Positions 28,001-42,749 of a stretch of DNA of 64,000 nt are shown piece after piece. The translations under genes and the position numbers were made by a program. Each line of letters opens with the position of its first letter. The stretch's first letter is position 1. The notes below the pieces were generated by a model. That model saw nothing but the letters and a program-made list of their open reading frames with translations, did no database searches and had not been told where the DNA came from. Origin of the DNA: Paragordius varius (lineage: Eukaryota; Animalia; Nematomorpha); NCBI GenBank assembly GCA_964247055.1, contig OZ176053.1:5332001-5396000 (forward strand), given 5' to 3'.

Positions 28001-31000
28001 GATTTTAAAAAGCATGTACGGATCACACCAAACCAAAATTAAAACACACCAGGGAATATCAGGTCCTATTACAATAAACGAAGGGGTCTATCAGGGGTCT
28101 GCAATCAGCCCATTACTATTTATAATATGCATGGACGAAATTTCAAAAGAAGTAGGACAACATGATGGCTGGTATTTTCTTTATGCAGACGACCTAATAG
28201 TGCTGTCCGACGAGTTGCATGAATTAAAAGAATCGGTGGGTAAATGGATTGATGTGTTACGACGATGCGGATTAAAAGTTAACAAAAAGAAAACGGAACT
28301 GATAAATTTTGGTGGGAAAAAACGAGAAATAGAATTAGAAGAAGGGTGGGTATTAAAAGGTCAGGAAGAATGCAAATATTTAGGAGCAATATTAGCAGCT
28401 GATGGATCTTTAACACTTGATATTAATTTAAGAATTCGAAATAGTTGGGCAAATTACAAAAAGATCTCCAGTGTTTTGTGCGACAAAAATATTGACCTAA
28501 AAGTAAAGGGTAAGATTTACAGTGCTGTTGTACAACCAACAATGATGTACAACTCACAGACATGGGCAAAAAAGAAATCAGAAGAGAGGCACTTTGAGGT
28601 TACTGAAATGAGAATGCTTAGATTGATGTGCGGTGTAACGAGGAAAGACAAGGTGAAGAATGTCTACATAAGAGGAAGTACGGAAATCAAATCGGTAACG
28701 CAAAAGATGATGGTAAATCGTTTAAGATGGTTTGGACATGTTGAAAGAAGAGATAAAAATTACATTGGTAAAAAGATTGATGATTATATTGTGAAAGGCA
28801 AGAGGGGAAAAGGGCGCCCTAAAACGCGATGGATAGATACAGTTAAGAGGGACATGGCAAAACTGAACCTAAAACGCGAAGACGCCTTAGACAGGGTTCT
28901 ATGGCGAAATAGTTTACGGATATGACCGCTCGAAAGAGTGATATCATATAATGTAATTATTATTATTATTATTATTATAATACAACTTATATTCATTAAT
29001 ATAACCTATCGTTTTGTATTGGAAAATAAGAAATATAATTGTAAATTGGATAGGCAACATATTCACCTATATTTCTCGCAACCCTAATCATGTGGAATTT
29101 ATTAAAAAATTAAGGTATAAATAAGTATTGCTACCTTTTTAAAATAATACTTTTAGTTATTACCTTTTTAAATTACTTTTTGTATGAATAATTATATTTT
29201 TTAATTATTTTTTGTTGGATGGTTAAACCATGACAGAATATACTCGAAAAATAAAGATTGCCAAGTATAACCTATACATATTGAGTTATGTTGAAACCCA
29301 AGTCTTTAAATATAAATAGAAGGACCTAATAAACAGTGCCAAAATTTAGTCTCTATCCCATGTAATATTTATGAATTTGAGTGAAAAAGATAATATAATA
29401 AAATTGTAAAAATTCTATATGAAGTTAATTATATAGACTCCATACTTATCATTGGGCATTTTAAATTGATTTGTAGGATAGCTGTTTGATTTTTTTGGTC
29501 CAGCCAATCGTCTGTATTGTTTGTGATTTGGTCATAATTGGTTGGCGAAATAGTTATATGCGTATTATTGGGGCTTGTCTAGTAGATACATATATTTTTA
29601 GAGCACACGATTTATAAAGTATATATTTTATTACACAGGACAAATCAATTACCCATATCAAACTATAATCTCAAAATACCAAAAATGATAGGATATTAGA
29701 ACCTAAACTTATAGCTCTCTTTGTACAAGTTTCGTAATGCAACTGCCGTTTCAATCTTCCAAAAATAGATTTATACATTAATTTTTTATTTTTAAAATCT
29801 TAAACCTATTTTTTCAATCATATTTTTTTAATTTTTTAGAAAAAAGCAGCAATATTACTGTTTTATAGTTATAGCTTTATATTTTTGTTACGCATTTTAC
29901 TCATATTGAATCAAATTGATCTGCTAAAAAAATCCGAATCACAATGATAGTTAAACATTGGAGGACATATTCATATTTACGGTATTTTAATTCATCTTTA
30001 CACACTTCGATTTAGCCTTTGAACGTTTCAAATTTACCCCCAATTCGAATTCTCCCTGAACAAATCAACTCTTAAACATTTAACTTAAAAAATAGGTAAT
30101 TTTAAATTTCAAAAACACATAATTTTAATTAGTGAGATAAAATCTTATAAGGTCATTTTCAAATGTTAAAGAATGGTTTTGCTTAAATAGGATGTCGAGA
30201 CGTGAAAAAATGGTATATAAAATGACACCATATTTAGAGCCGTTTAAAATATTACTTATTTTGGATTTTTCGGATAAATCATGTTGAATATAAATCTTTA
30301 CAAAACATATTCTTAAACATGTGTAAAAACGAAAATAACATCAGTTCCACTTTATAAAACGGTGTCGATTTCGGCCTCGATAACTTCTTTTGTTATAATT
30401 CATTTAGTATGTGTTTTATATTCATTATTGTCCAACATCTCAACCATAAAAATAGAGAAGCTCTATTATCTGCTAAATAGATTTTCGAATCATTTGATTA
30501 AAACCATATCATGTTGTATTATAAACAAATTAATTATTTTGTTTAACACCTCATTGTCATTTAATTCTTATGCGTAGAATACATTTTTAAGTAATTTTAT
30601 CCAATATATAATTCTAAAACGAATTCTGCCTGAAATATGAATGTCAGACATTAATTTTATATAATATTAGATAAAAAAGGTTTTATTTTAGGATAACTAC
30701 TGAGTAAATTATATAATATATCTTAAATAATACAGGTTATTTTTAATTTATTAATAAATTCACTTCCGAATAAATGCAATGATATATTTTTAAAACTTTA
30801 GTTGTTTTTTTGACCATGAAAATTTTTATATATTTTTATTTTATAGCTCTATGGTAAAAAATACCATATATTAAAATTTTTCAGGATAATAATCATTGTT
30901 ATCTGCTAATGACTGCAGTAAATTTACTATTAACTAAGGCATATAGGTTGGGAATAAAGGGTCGCCGGATCAAGTCGCATAAAAATCCTTATTTTATAAT

Positions 31001-32188
31001 TTATTAATTGACAGGGTTAATCGAAGTTTCTAATACGATAGTTTGTGTTCAGGCTTATATAAAATTCTTTTACAGTTATAAATTTTAAATAGCTTCGCGA
31101 ATTTTCGCAGGCAGCTAGCTGAACGTTTTGGTTTTTGAACATTAACACTTTTTTTAAAAAAATTAAAATGCTTAAAACTATTTGATATTTGTAATTAGTT
31201 ATATAAGATATATATAATTTTAAAAACCCTGACAAACTCAATTCTAAATTTTTGATTTAGTGTAATAATTTAAAATCATCTTTTGCAAATCTTTAGTTAA
31301 GTGAAAGTTTATACAATATCTTTTATAATATCCCGATTTTTATGATTGAATAAATTTAAAAAATTTTAAAAACCTATAATTTACAATAATCATTTTTATA
31401 TAGGAGTATTTTTGATTTGAAAAGTTTAATTTTTGTATAAAAAATGTTTTTTGATAATATGCCATAAAATTTTAAACAATACAATCTAAGATTGAATTTA
31501 ATTAAACTTCAGTAAATGAAAAAATGAAAAATTAAACACTTTCTTTTTAAGTAGTATTTCGGTTATTATATCCTCAAAAATGCATTTTGAAATTCTTTAA
31601 TGATGATTATGCTTTCATAATGATGTACAATTAAAATCGTGAAAATCATAAGACCCCAAACTTACAGTATATGTTGGACCTAACTCGATTATCTTAATAT
31701 CATGCGTCATGTGCATTGAAAATAATTTTTCATATTTGACTATATTTTTTGAACAAAACCGTTATTTTTTTTAAATAATAAAAACTATTAATATATTTTA
31801 CCAGTGTTATTCCTAATTTCGCCGCCGGATACCTTCCATGAATTTCGCTGACTATTATTTTCAGGGCATTTTTGCCATAACATGCAATGTTAAATCTCGT
31901 AAGCCGAAGAAATCCTATTAATGTATTGTCTACAAGGTTCAGGGCAAACCTATTTTTAAGCATTTAATCATTACGAAAGCGTGTCATTCATTTGTTCTGT
32001 AAGACTGCTGTAGCATAATGGAGCTAGTAAACCAGAAAGTTTGAAAGATGTCCCCAAATATTTTTGTTCGAAACATATTTCATCCCCTAAAAATTTATAA
32101 AAATTTATTCTTGATAAAATGATAAGCATGTACCTGTTTGTCCATAAATAAGTATGGATTTGAGACTTAATAACACCAAAATATACAT
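22036..32188 (-). CDS. Hidden multi-exon gene for a secreted or extracellular glycoprotein; 3' end unresolved
   Basis: Phase-consistent exon runs: 32188-32134 (MYILVLLSLKSILIYGQT, signal-peptide-like), 32086-31975, 31949-31802; then 25578-25532, 25510-25388, 25029-24923, 24421-24215, 23985-23784; also 22950-22723, 22276-22233, 22179-22036, plus open exons near 29.4-29.76 kb. Many N-x-S/T sequons. Several junctions between these runs are not resolved. Confidence 0.7.
25871..25968. repeat. Tandem duplication of about 48 bp with an (ATT)n head, next to the RTE 5' end
   Basis: Two copies of (ATT)nATATTTTTGGTTAAAA..TTT.TGATTCTTTTTTAG. Confidence 0.8.
26035..28979 (+). mobile_element. RTE-clade non-LTR retrotransposon (APE endonuclease plus reverse transcriptase), near full length but disrupted
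   Basis: APE motifs (LCIQETR, GDFNGHVG, SQIDYIL) in 26035-26844. RT with YADD and the RTE-type C-terminus (RLRWFGHVERR...GKGRPKTRWID) in 27522-28925. Stops and frameshifts lie between 26844 and 27482. (ATT)n tail at about 28955-28976. Confidence 0.93.
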
Positions 32189-33240
32189 GTTTATAAATTC
32201 TAATCCCGTAAAATTAGGGAAAATAATAAAATGATTTGATTATAATAGATTAAATTTTAAAATCTATATAAGTACACAACAATATTTAAACTAATTAATA
32301 GTGATAAACTACCGTATTAATTTAGAGTACATATTTATTGATCAAAACATTCTAATTTTACAGATTATGAAAAACAACTAAAGGGTTCTTTGATCCATAT
32401 TTTTCATGTTTTATAAAAATTTTAAAACAAAATTTTGACATTTTGGAGGGTGGAAGATAAATTGTTATAAAATTACAGGTATATGATGTTAAGTTTATGT
32501 TTACAGAAAATATTCGATACAAATATTATGGGTAATAATTATAATGAGCTAAATTATGATTTACATTAACACTTAATTACAAATCATCTTTTCAGTTCTT
32601 GGATACGAATTGGAGAAGTTAACTACCCAAGACCTGTTGAATCAAAAAATATAAAATGTATTAAAATACAAATAATTGTATTAATATAACTTTGATGCAC
32701 CTAAAATAAAAATTCATTTGGAAATGGCTAAATTATAATTATTTTATAGAAAAAACTAAAACAAAATTTAGACGTGGAGTGGTATGTAAATTTAAAAATA
32801 ATGTGAATGTAACAATCTAAAAAACACGACTGTTAGTTAAAACTTGTTAAATGTCGCCGAATAAGTTTATATGGAAATATTTTCTCAAACTATTTTATTT
32901 ATAAATTTTGGCTCAAAGATAAAAGCATGAATAACAAAACCACCCACTTTGATATTTTAAAAAATAATTTTAAACTAGTTTGGAATTATCAGTAATCCCT
33001 CAAGTATTAAAATTATTTTATTTTAAAAATAATAAAATCATTGGGCAAAGGGCTTCGTCACTATCTCCGGCATAAAACAATTATATATCATTTTTCAAAC
33101 TCACTGTGCCCACAAATCTTTTCTCAAAGAAAACAGCTATTCGAAATTCGTATGTATTAAAAAAGTACAACTATTATAAGTGAATGGGCCCGCCTGTTTT
33201 TCTACGTCCTCTTAACTCTTTAATAATTTTTCTTATTTAA

Positions 33241-33416
33241 CACTTCGATTCGTATTGGGGTATCTAAATACCCCAGACTAAATTTGAGATGGGATTTTTA
33301 AAAACTACTGAATGAAACGGTCCCAATTTAAATTTATGCTTCTATCCTAATAAAAATTATATAATAATGCGAAAATATCTAAAAAAGGACTAAAATTAAT
33401 GTGTTGTATCCAAGTG
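33241..33416 (+). mobile_element. Internally deleted piggyBac-type MITE family A copy (176 bp)
   Basis: Both ends intact with TTAA on each side; the central roughly 390 bp is missing. Confidence 0.85.
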
Positions 33417-33464
33417 TTAAAATAACTCGATTTTTAACTGGTGGGTAAAAATGAAAGCGATTAA

Positions 33465-34020
33465 CACTTGGATACAACACACTCATTTTAGTCCTTCAAT
33501 TCAATGGATACCCCAGACCTGTTTAAAATTAAATTCTTTAGAAAATATAGAAGGAATCGAAACCATGGCAAAATTTTGCACTGATCTAACATTAATAAAT
33601 CGAAATATATAAAAAATTTATTCAAAAATATTTGATATTATTTTAAGCTAAAACAAGGTAAAAATTTTGTCAACGTGACATGTGTCAAATTGTAAAATTG
33701 AAAAATTATGCATACTAAACCGCTTTTTCTATTTCTATCAATGTTAAATGTAATTTATATAAAAAATTAACTTTAGTTTTACACTTAAAATTAAATAAAG
33801 ACGATATTTTGCAAAAATTTTGCAAAATAAAAATGGCGTCGAAGTGGTTTGAGATGGAGCTTTTTTTTAAAACCAAATTTTATCAAGATGTTTTGGCATA
33901 TTTATATAGTATTTATTAGGATAGAAGCATAAATTTAAATTGGGACCGTTTTCTTCAGTAGTTTCTAAAAATAATTTAAATTTAGTCGGGGTATTTAGAT
34001 ACCCAATTTGAATTGAAGTG
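33465..34020 (-). mobile_element. piggyBac-type MITE family A, full copy in reverse orientation
   Basis: TTAA|CACTTGGATACAACAC...GAATTGAAGTG|TTAA; reverse complement of the 2544-3108 type. Confidence 0.87.
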
Positions 34021-34213
34021 TTAAGTAAAGACAAAGACCCAGTCAGCATATTTATTGATGAAAAAAATTTTAAATTTGTAGAAATCTATACGTTTTTTCT
34101 AAACATATTCAAAGTCCACATATTTTATCTTTATATATATTTTAAAATAATTTTACATATACACATACGATGTCTTTTATATATATATCACATCATTTAC
34201 TTTATATCGTTAA

Positions 34214-36454
<2,241 letters not shown>

Positions 36455-36924
36455 TATATTTCATGCATCATTTTGAACCATTTTATATTAAATGTGATAA
36501 TTTCTTCATTCAATTTTTGAGAGGTATGTAATCTGTAATAAATCTAGGAAATAAATTAATAAAAATATACATTATATATGATTTGACTTTTAATATTGGA
36601 ACATAACTTGATTACTCCAAATTATAGTTTATAAATAATATAAATGAATCTTATATTAGACATTTTAGACATCATCATTCAAAATGACAGGATATAATTT
36701 TGAATTTTTTACAAATTATAATTTTGATTTTTATACGTATATAAATATATTTTTTTTCAAATATATATTTACAAATTTTAAAGATATCTAAAAGCTCAAA
36801 AAAAATATTATTCGAATTTTAATTAGAAAGTCCAGGTTTGATAATTTACATTCTTGCGTTTACGTAAAAAATACTCAATTATGATAATTTCGAATCTTAT
36901 AAGATATGTTTGAAATATTATTTT

Positions 36925-37600
36925 CTAAGAATTAGCAGTGGTATGTTTTAAGTCGCTGTCATAGTCGAAAAAATAATTTGTGATTTAGTTGATAAAATTC
37001 TCCCCTATTAACGCATGTTGGCAAATTAATAATAGAAATAAAAATGTCCTTTATCAACCGTTTAATGCTATTTCTTCGTGCATTATTTTACTCATATTGA
37101 ATTGCTCACACTCAAACTGGTCCTTATATTACTTTAGATTATGTCCTAAATTTAATACAAAATTTGTTCGGCTCAATCCAAGCATAGGAGATGATGAATC
37201 AATAAAATGTATATAAAATTAATTTCAAGGAATTTCATGATATTTCTATTTTTTATAATCTCGACCAAAATTCAGTCTCTATTTTTTGCCGTTGTTGTTT
37301 TCTTATTATTAATATAAAAATATATGGGGAGTGAGGCTGATTACAGGTGCGTATAAAAAATGGCTCGACCATGAGGCATTCATGAGTTTCATTAAAATGG
37401 CCATAAATGGGGTCACACGTTTTCATATTTTTGAAATCATTATTATTTTGCATAGTTACCCATGGGTTAATTTGAAAAAGGCCTCGATAATCTACGTCTT
37501 CATATGATATTACCTTAACCAACATTGAATTTGAAGTTAAAATATCTTATATCACTCTTAAGCGCCGCCAAAAGGACCATAATAATTCTGATACATTTTC
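36925..37600 (-). pseudogene. Decayed multi-exon gene of unknown family, convergent with PSMA6
   Basis: Open exon 37253-37525 (DVDYRGLFQINPW...). Downstream frames are protein-like but carry in-frame TAA stops (LGHNLK*YKDQFECEQF; GENFIN*ITNYFFDYDSD), with plausible 22-nt and 54-nt introns. Confidence 0.45.
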
Positions 37601-38097
37601 CTATCCGAATATAAATATTTCATCAGGATATTTTATTATGGAAATTATATACAAGCAAAAATAGATGTGATTTTGCTGTTTTTGTTTTCATTAAAAAATT
37701 GTATTTTCTTGTTTTACATTAATTGTTATATTTTTTGACATTTAAATATATCAAGTAAAATATATATAATTTGCGGTTTTATAAGTGAGATAATTACTAT
37801 ATTTATATTAATGTATATTTAAACAAACGCCTTATATCACCAATAAAAAAATTAATTTAAAGTTAAGACCAGATAACTTTATATTAAATATGAAACACAT
37901 TTTGGAAATTTTCTTAGCCTACCATCGCAATTAGGTACTTTCTATCAAGCAATAGCTTTATGAAACCTAATATTTTGAGGACAGTGTTTACCACGTGTCT
38001 TAGATATGGTAGTAGAAAATAATATCCAAAATATGTTTCATATATAATATAAAGATGGCGTTTCCTGTTAAAAAGTTTTGTCCCTACATATAGAAGC

Positions 38098-41000
38098 CAG
38101 GGGTGGCCAACCTTTTTTGGGAGAAAAATTCACACGGACGCGTATGAATATTAAGTATTAAAAGATTAATTTATCACTTAACACAAATGATGCAAATATA
38201 TATCTCTATTTACGGATTGAGGTGACTAGCACAGGCCATTTTAAAATAAATATTACGAAAAATAACAATTTTTATGCAGATTTCCAAATACATAAATAAT
38301 CTTGATTTACAAGACCTCTAGTTGCCACAATCAGTACAAATACTAAAACATTACGTTATTCAATTTTTAAATTCACAATGGATAATTAAATGTAATCTCC
38401 CGAATGATTTTAAACGAAAGTAAATGGATTTGTAGCTCGTTAAAACAGTGGCGTACCGAGCATTTGCGGCGCCCGGGGCATAAAACTCTAATGGCGCCCC
38501 CTCTCTCCTCCTCTTTTTGAAAGCCAATAAAACTATTTAGTAAAAAAATATTAACGTCCTTAAATGCTCCATTAAATTAATTTTAAGCTCTTGCAATCTA
38601 TGTTGAACCCTATCGATTGTTATAAGCATTTGATGGCATAAATTAATGTTAAAAAATTGATTTAAAACACTCTGAAGTAAAATATATATCTCACTTCTTG
38701 TTTCACTAGTTTTGAAGTATTTTTACTTAAATCTTCTAATAGCTCTCTCTAATCATCCATTCCCTCAACAATGGTAAGTGCTTGAATTTTAGCACTCTAT
38801 CGGGCTTCAGACTCACGCTTAACAGTTTTTTAGTTTATTTTTCAATAAGTCCCATCTAATAGTTAAAAAATGGATATTTTTAATTATTCCGAAACAGGTC
38901 ACAACAAAAACATCTTGTTTTGCTACAGTGACTCTTAACCAAGGAACGAGTACAATTAGCAAATATTGCTCTTTTATTTTTTCCAGTATTCTCTGTTGAA
39001 CGCCTGAAATGTGACCCGACATCACAACTGCATTATCATAGCATTGGAGTCTATAATTTGATAACTGAATATTATCCATAATTTTCTAAAATCTTTTCAA
39101 TTGACATTGCATCTTTTTGAATAACTGAAAAAACCAAAAAAGGATACCTTTATGATAACTCTATTTTTCTCATATTTAATAAACACCTACCTGGCAACTT
39201 GAGAAATTTGTTATCGGTGCGCTATATCTGCGTTAGATCAAATTGAAGTCCATAATATTCACTTTTTAATGTCATTTATCAATTTAGTTTTAAATCAATA
39301 ACTCTTGAACCCAAAAGATGTATAAATTTGCTTTGGATTTTGGAAGAAACATAGGTTAAAGTTTTAGGAGATTCAATGTTTCTCATGTGTTCTCCCATAT
39401 TTGGGTCCAACCGAGCTACAAGTTGTAGTAAAAATAAGATTCCAGGATTTGGTGCTTAGTCATCTAGATACATTACTCTTTCAACATGTTCTTTGAAAAG
39501 GGAGATTTTGGTTGATTAGAATTTCATGCAGGCCATTATTCGATATAATAAGATCGATCAAAAAGTAGGCAACAATAACCATACGCAGATCTGTTCTTTG
39601 GTGAATATAAAAACCAAGACCTCTCAACTTCAAATCCTTCTTTTTTACCGACACGTCGAAAAAATCAAGATTGGGGCATTGAACTGGCAATCATTTTGAT
39701 ATACTTGAGGTCCACGAATAATCATTTATGTGCGAAGCTTATTAGATTTTACTAGAGGAACATTATTATTAGAAAAAGGCGACATCATCAAACTCTATAG
39801 ATATAGTGCTTGGAATTACTAATGGTATATTTGTAGTTTTCTCATCTATATATTGGATCAATAACTAGGGTTTCAGGTGTATTAAAGTTATTTTGTAGGG
39901 GTGGTGTTATATTTGGGTAGCATAAACTTTTTCAATGTTAGGGTCAGATATTTTCGTTAAATAAGATTTCATACTCATTCGCATATTTGTTTTATTCTCT
40001 TCATGGATTTACCGTTTCCTATTTGCATAACCGCTGAGTTTAGGCATTGGTATCTGATGAAAAGTATTTATAAAAAAATACAAGGCTATTATAAGAATAA
40101 GAGATAAGGTTTTGAACAGAGCGAAAAGTTAAGATAATTTAATTAAAGGCAATAAAAGAATTAACAATATGTGCGTGATAAAGAAACGTTTTTCAAGCGA
40201 AAAAATGAGTTTGCACATGTTGAAGTAATGAAAGTTGTTTTTGGGATAATGTTTGATCTTGATCTCATTTATATAATTTTTATATAGAGATTACCTAAGT
40301 TGCTGAAAAATCTTACTTGAAAGTTGTTATTATTTTTGCATAATTTAAATGTAATTTTAAAAAATCATTTAGGCGCCCCTAAATAACGGCGCCCGGGGCA
40401 TGATGCACCCCCTTGCCCCCCCATCGGTACGCCTCTGCGTTAAAAAACGATCATCATAATTTACCATATTTTATGGATTACTGCCTATACCAGGTTTTAA
40501 ATAATGGACATATGCTTCAAGAGAGTAAATTTCATAAATGGAAGAGTGTCGTGCCGCAATTTTGAGTTTAGTTATAAGGATTGGCGTTGACATAGTGAAA
40601 CAGTTAATACAGATGTAAGATGGTTAAATCTTGCTGTATTTAGAAAGATTAGGGCAATTTTTACTACAAATTTATCTATGCAGAAAAAAATTTGTTCATA
40701 TCCACAATTAAAAGATATAAAAGCGCTTCTTGATCTTGATGCGATATTTCAGAACACATTATAAATAAATAAAAACAGTAATTTAAATCATTTTTCTAAT
40801 TTGACATAATATGAAATATTTTGGAAAATTTCAATGATATTGCACTTCTAATTAATCATTTTGAGAGAATTTTGCCAATATATAAACTCGAATACATTGC
40901 CATATTTTATATCCGTTTAATAATATGATGAATGTAAAACTAAAATTTTTTAATTGCGAATTTGCCATTGGATGTAGAATAAAAACTAATCATAAATCGC

Positions 41001-41861
41001 AATTAACTGATAAACTTGGAATTTCGGTTAAGAACTATCCTGGTGTCTTATGAAGTTTATCAGTTAATCGTGATCTCTGTTTAGTTTTGATGACATTCAT
41101 GTGAAAAAGCAGATTCACATATATATGAGAACGAATTTAAGAGTGCAGAAATTTTACATATTCGTTAAATTTTAATTAAGATCATCACCACTCCGCATAA
41201 TGTGTTACTAGATGGGGATAAGCTTTTTATTGATACCATAATATTCTTTTTGGTTTAATAATTTTGGAATTGCATTTCAGAAGCTTTAATAAAAGCCTCT
41301 TTCCAGATTTCTCCGTCCTGAAATAAATTGTTGTTTTTATTAGAATTTCTGATATTTTGTAAGCGATTATTTTTTTAATTTTTGGTGTGTTTCACAATGC
41401 AATGTTTGATTTATTTGCTCTTTCAATAGATTGATTTTTGATTTGCGAAAATATCTTTGGACATTTGCTTTTTTGGACCAAGCCACGGTGAAGTTGCATA
41501 ACAAGTACATTTATCATTACTCATGATGAAAAATAATTTTCTCCGAATTTATTTCTAAAACAACATTTTTTGCATTTTTTGTCTTTAAGTTTTGAATTAA
41601 AATATTTTATACCGTTCTCTTTTTTGCTCAATTTGAATTATTTTTAAAGAAATCACAAAGGATTTAAAATTCGAATAACACATATGATTAATTGAATATA
41701 TTAATAAAAAAATTTAAATTTTTCTAATGGATAAAAAAATAAATAATTTTTGGAAAAAAATTCCGTGCAAAAATTTTTTTACATATTTTTTAAAATTTTC
41801 AGACGGTCACATTTTATAATCTCACGGTCACAGACCGCGGTCGACCGTTTGGCCACCCCTA
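38098..41861. mobile_element. hAT element (Charlie/Buster-like ends), decayed
   Basis: TIRs CAGGGGTGGCCAA / TTGGCCACCCCTA; 8-bp flanks ATAGAAGC / ATATAAGC (7 of 8 match). A TDVRWL-like remnant near 40610 recalls the hAT T.VRW motif. Confidence 0.72.
38446..40437 (-). mobile_element. hAT element with a decayed ZMYM1/DUF4371-type transposase, nested in 38098-41861
   Basis: TIRs CAGTGGCGTACCGA / TCGGTACGCCTCTG, perfect 8-bp TSD CGTTAAAA, subterminal GGCGCCC motifs, and remnant QCYDNAVVMSGHISGVQQRI. Confidence 0.9.
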
Positions 41862-42749
41862 ATATAAGCCCTATCCTGGCTAATAATTATGAAGGATATA
41901 TGATAATTGTTTAGATTTTATTACAATCGGTGCTCTCTCTGGGCTTTAGGTTCACTGTTTTCACTTCCCTAACTATATATGGTCTTAAAACCTAAATTAC
42001 TTAATATATATATATATAAATATATGATATATGACGAAACGCGTCTCACACTATGACACGTGGTAAACACTGTCCTCACTTATTTGATATCATAAAGCCA
42101 CTTATCTTGATAGAAAGTACTATTAATACTTCTACTTGTGATGGTAGGCTAAGAAAAATATCTCCAAAATATTTTTCATATTAAATTTAAGGTTTTTTTA
42201 CATAAAGCATATCGGTATAGATGCAAATCAACTGTATTTACATTAAAAAATTAGATATTTTATTCAATCATACAACTATGATTTTATTTCTTTTTAAATC
42301 AAGCAAAAGATACTAAACCGAGATTTATAAACCAAAAAAAATTAATGTATAAAATACCATTAAAATAATTAAATGTAAGTAAATTTTTAAAAATTATAAA
42401 TGCGGTTATTAATATAAAATTGTAAAGTATATGAATATTCATATAAAATGTTGGAAGTAATCTACATGGGGAATAATTTATTAATGCAATTAGTCATATA
42501 TAATACATGTAAATAAAAAACAGATATAAACAAATATAGGACTAAAATGGTGGGTTATAAAACGCTAATAGTGCTCTTCAGATCCTAAAATTTTGAATAT
42601 ATTATGATAAAAAATAATTAAATATAAAATTAAATTTCAAAATAATAACGCTGCAAATTTAAAAATTTTAACAAATAGAAATAACTACAACCTTATATTG
42701 CCTAACATTTATCGAGATATATTTTAAATAATTTTTTCCGAATTTGAGT

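Larger units (their letters stand above)
37881..42185. mobile_element. Outer inverted-repeat element (about 120-130 bp imperfect arms) enclosing two hAT insertions
   Basis: 37881-37999 and 42055-42185 are reverse complements sharing TTTCTTAGCCTACCATC, GTACTTTCTATCAAG and GAGGACAGTGTTTACCACGTGTC. Confidence 0.65.

Noticed and set aside
36925-37200. In-frame TAA codons suggesting stop-codon reassignment
   Set aside because: PSMA6, CCDC86 and the DBHS gene end at TAA and RBBP5 at TGA at expected positions; nonsense decay is simpler.
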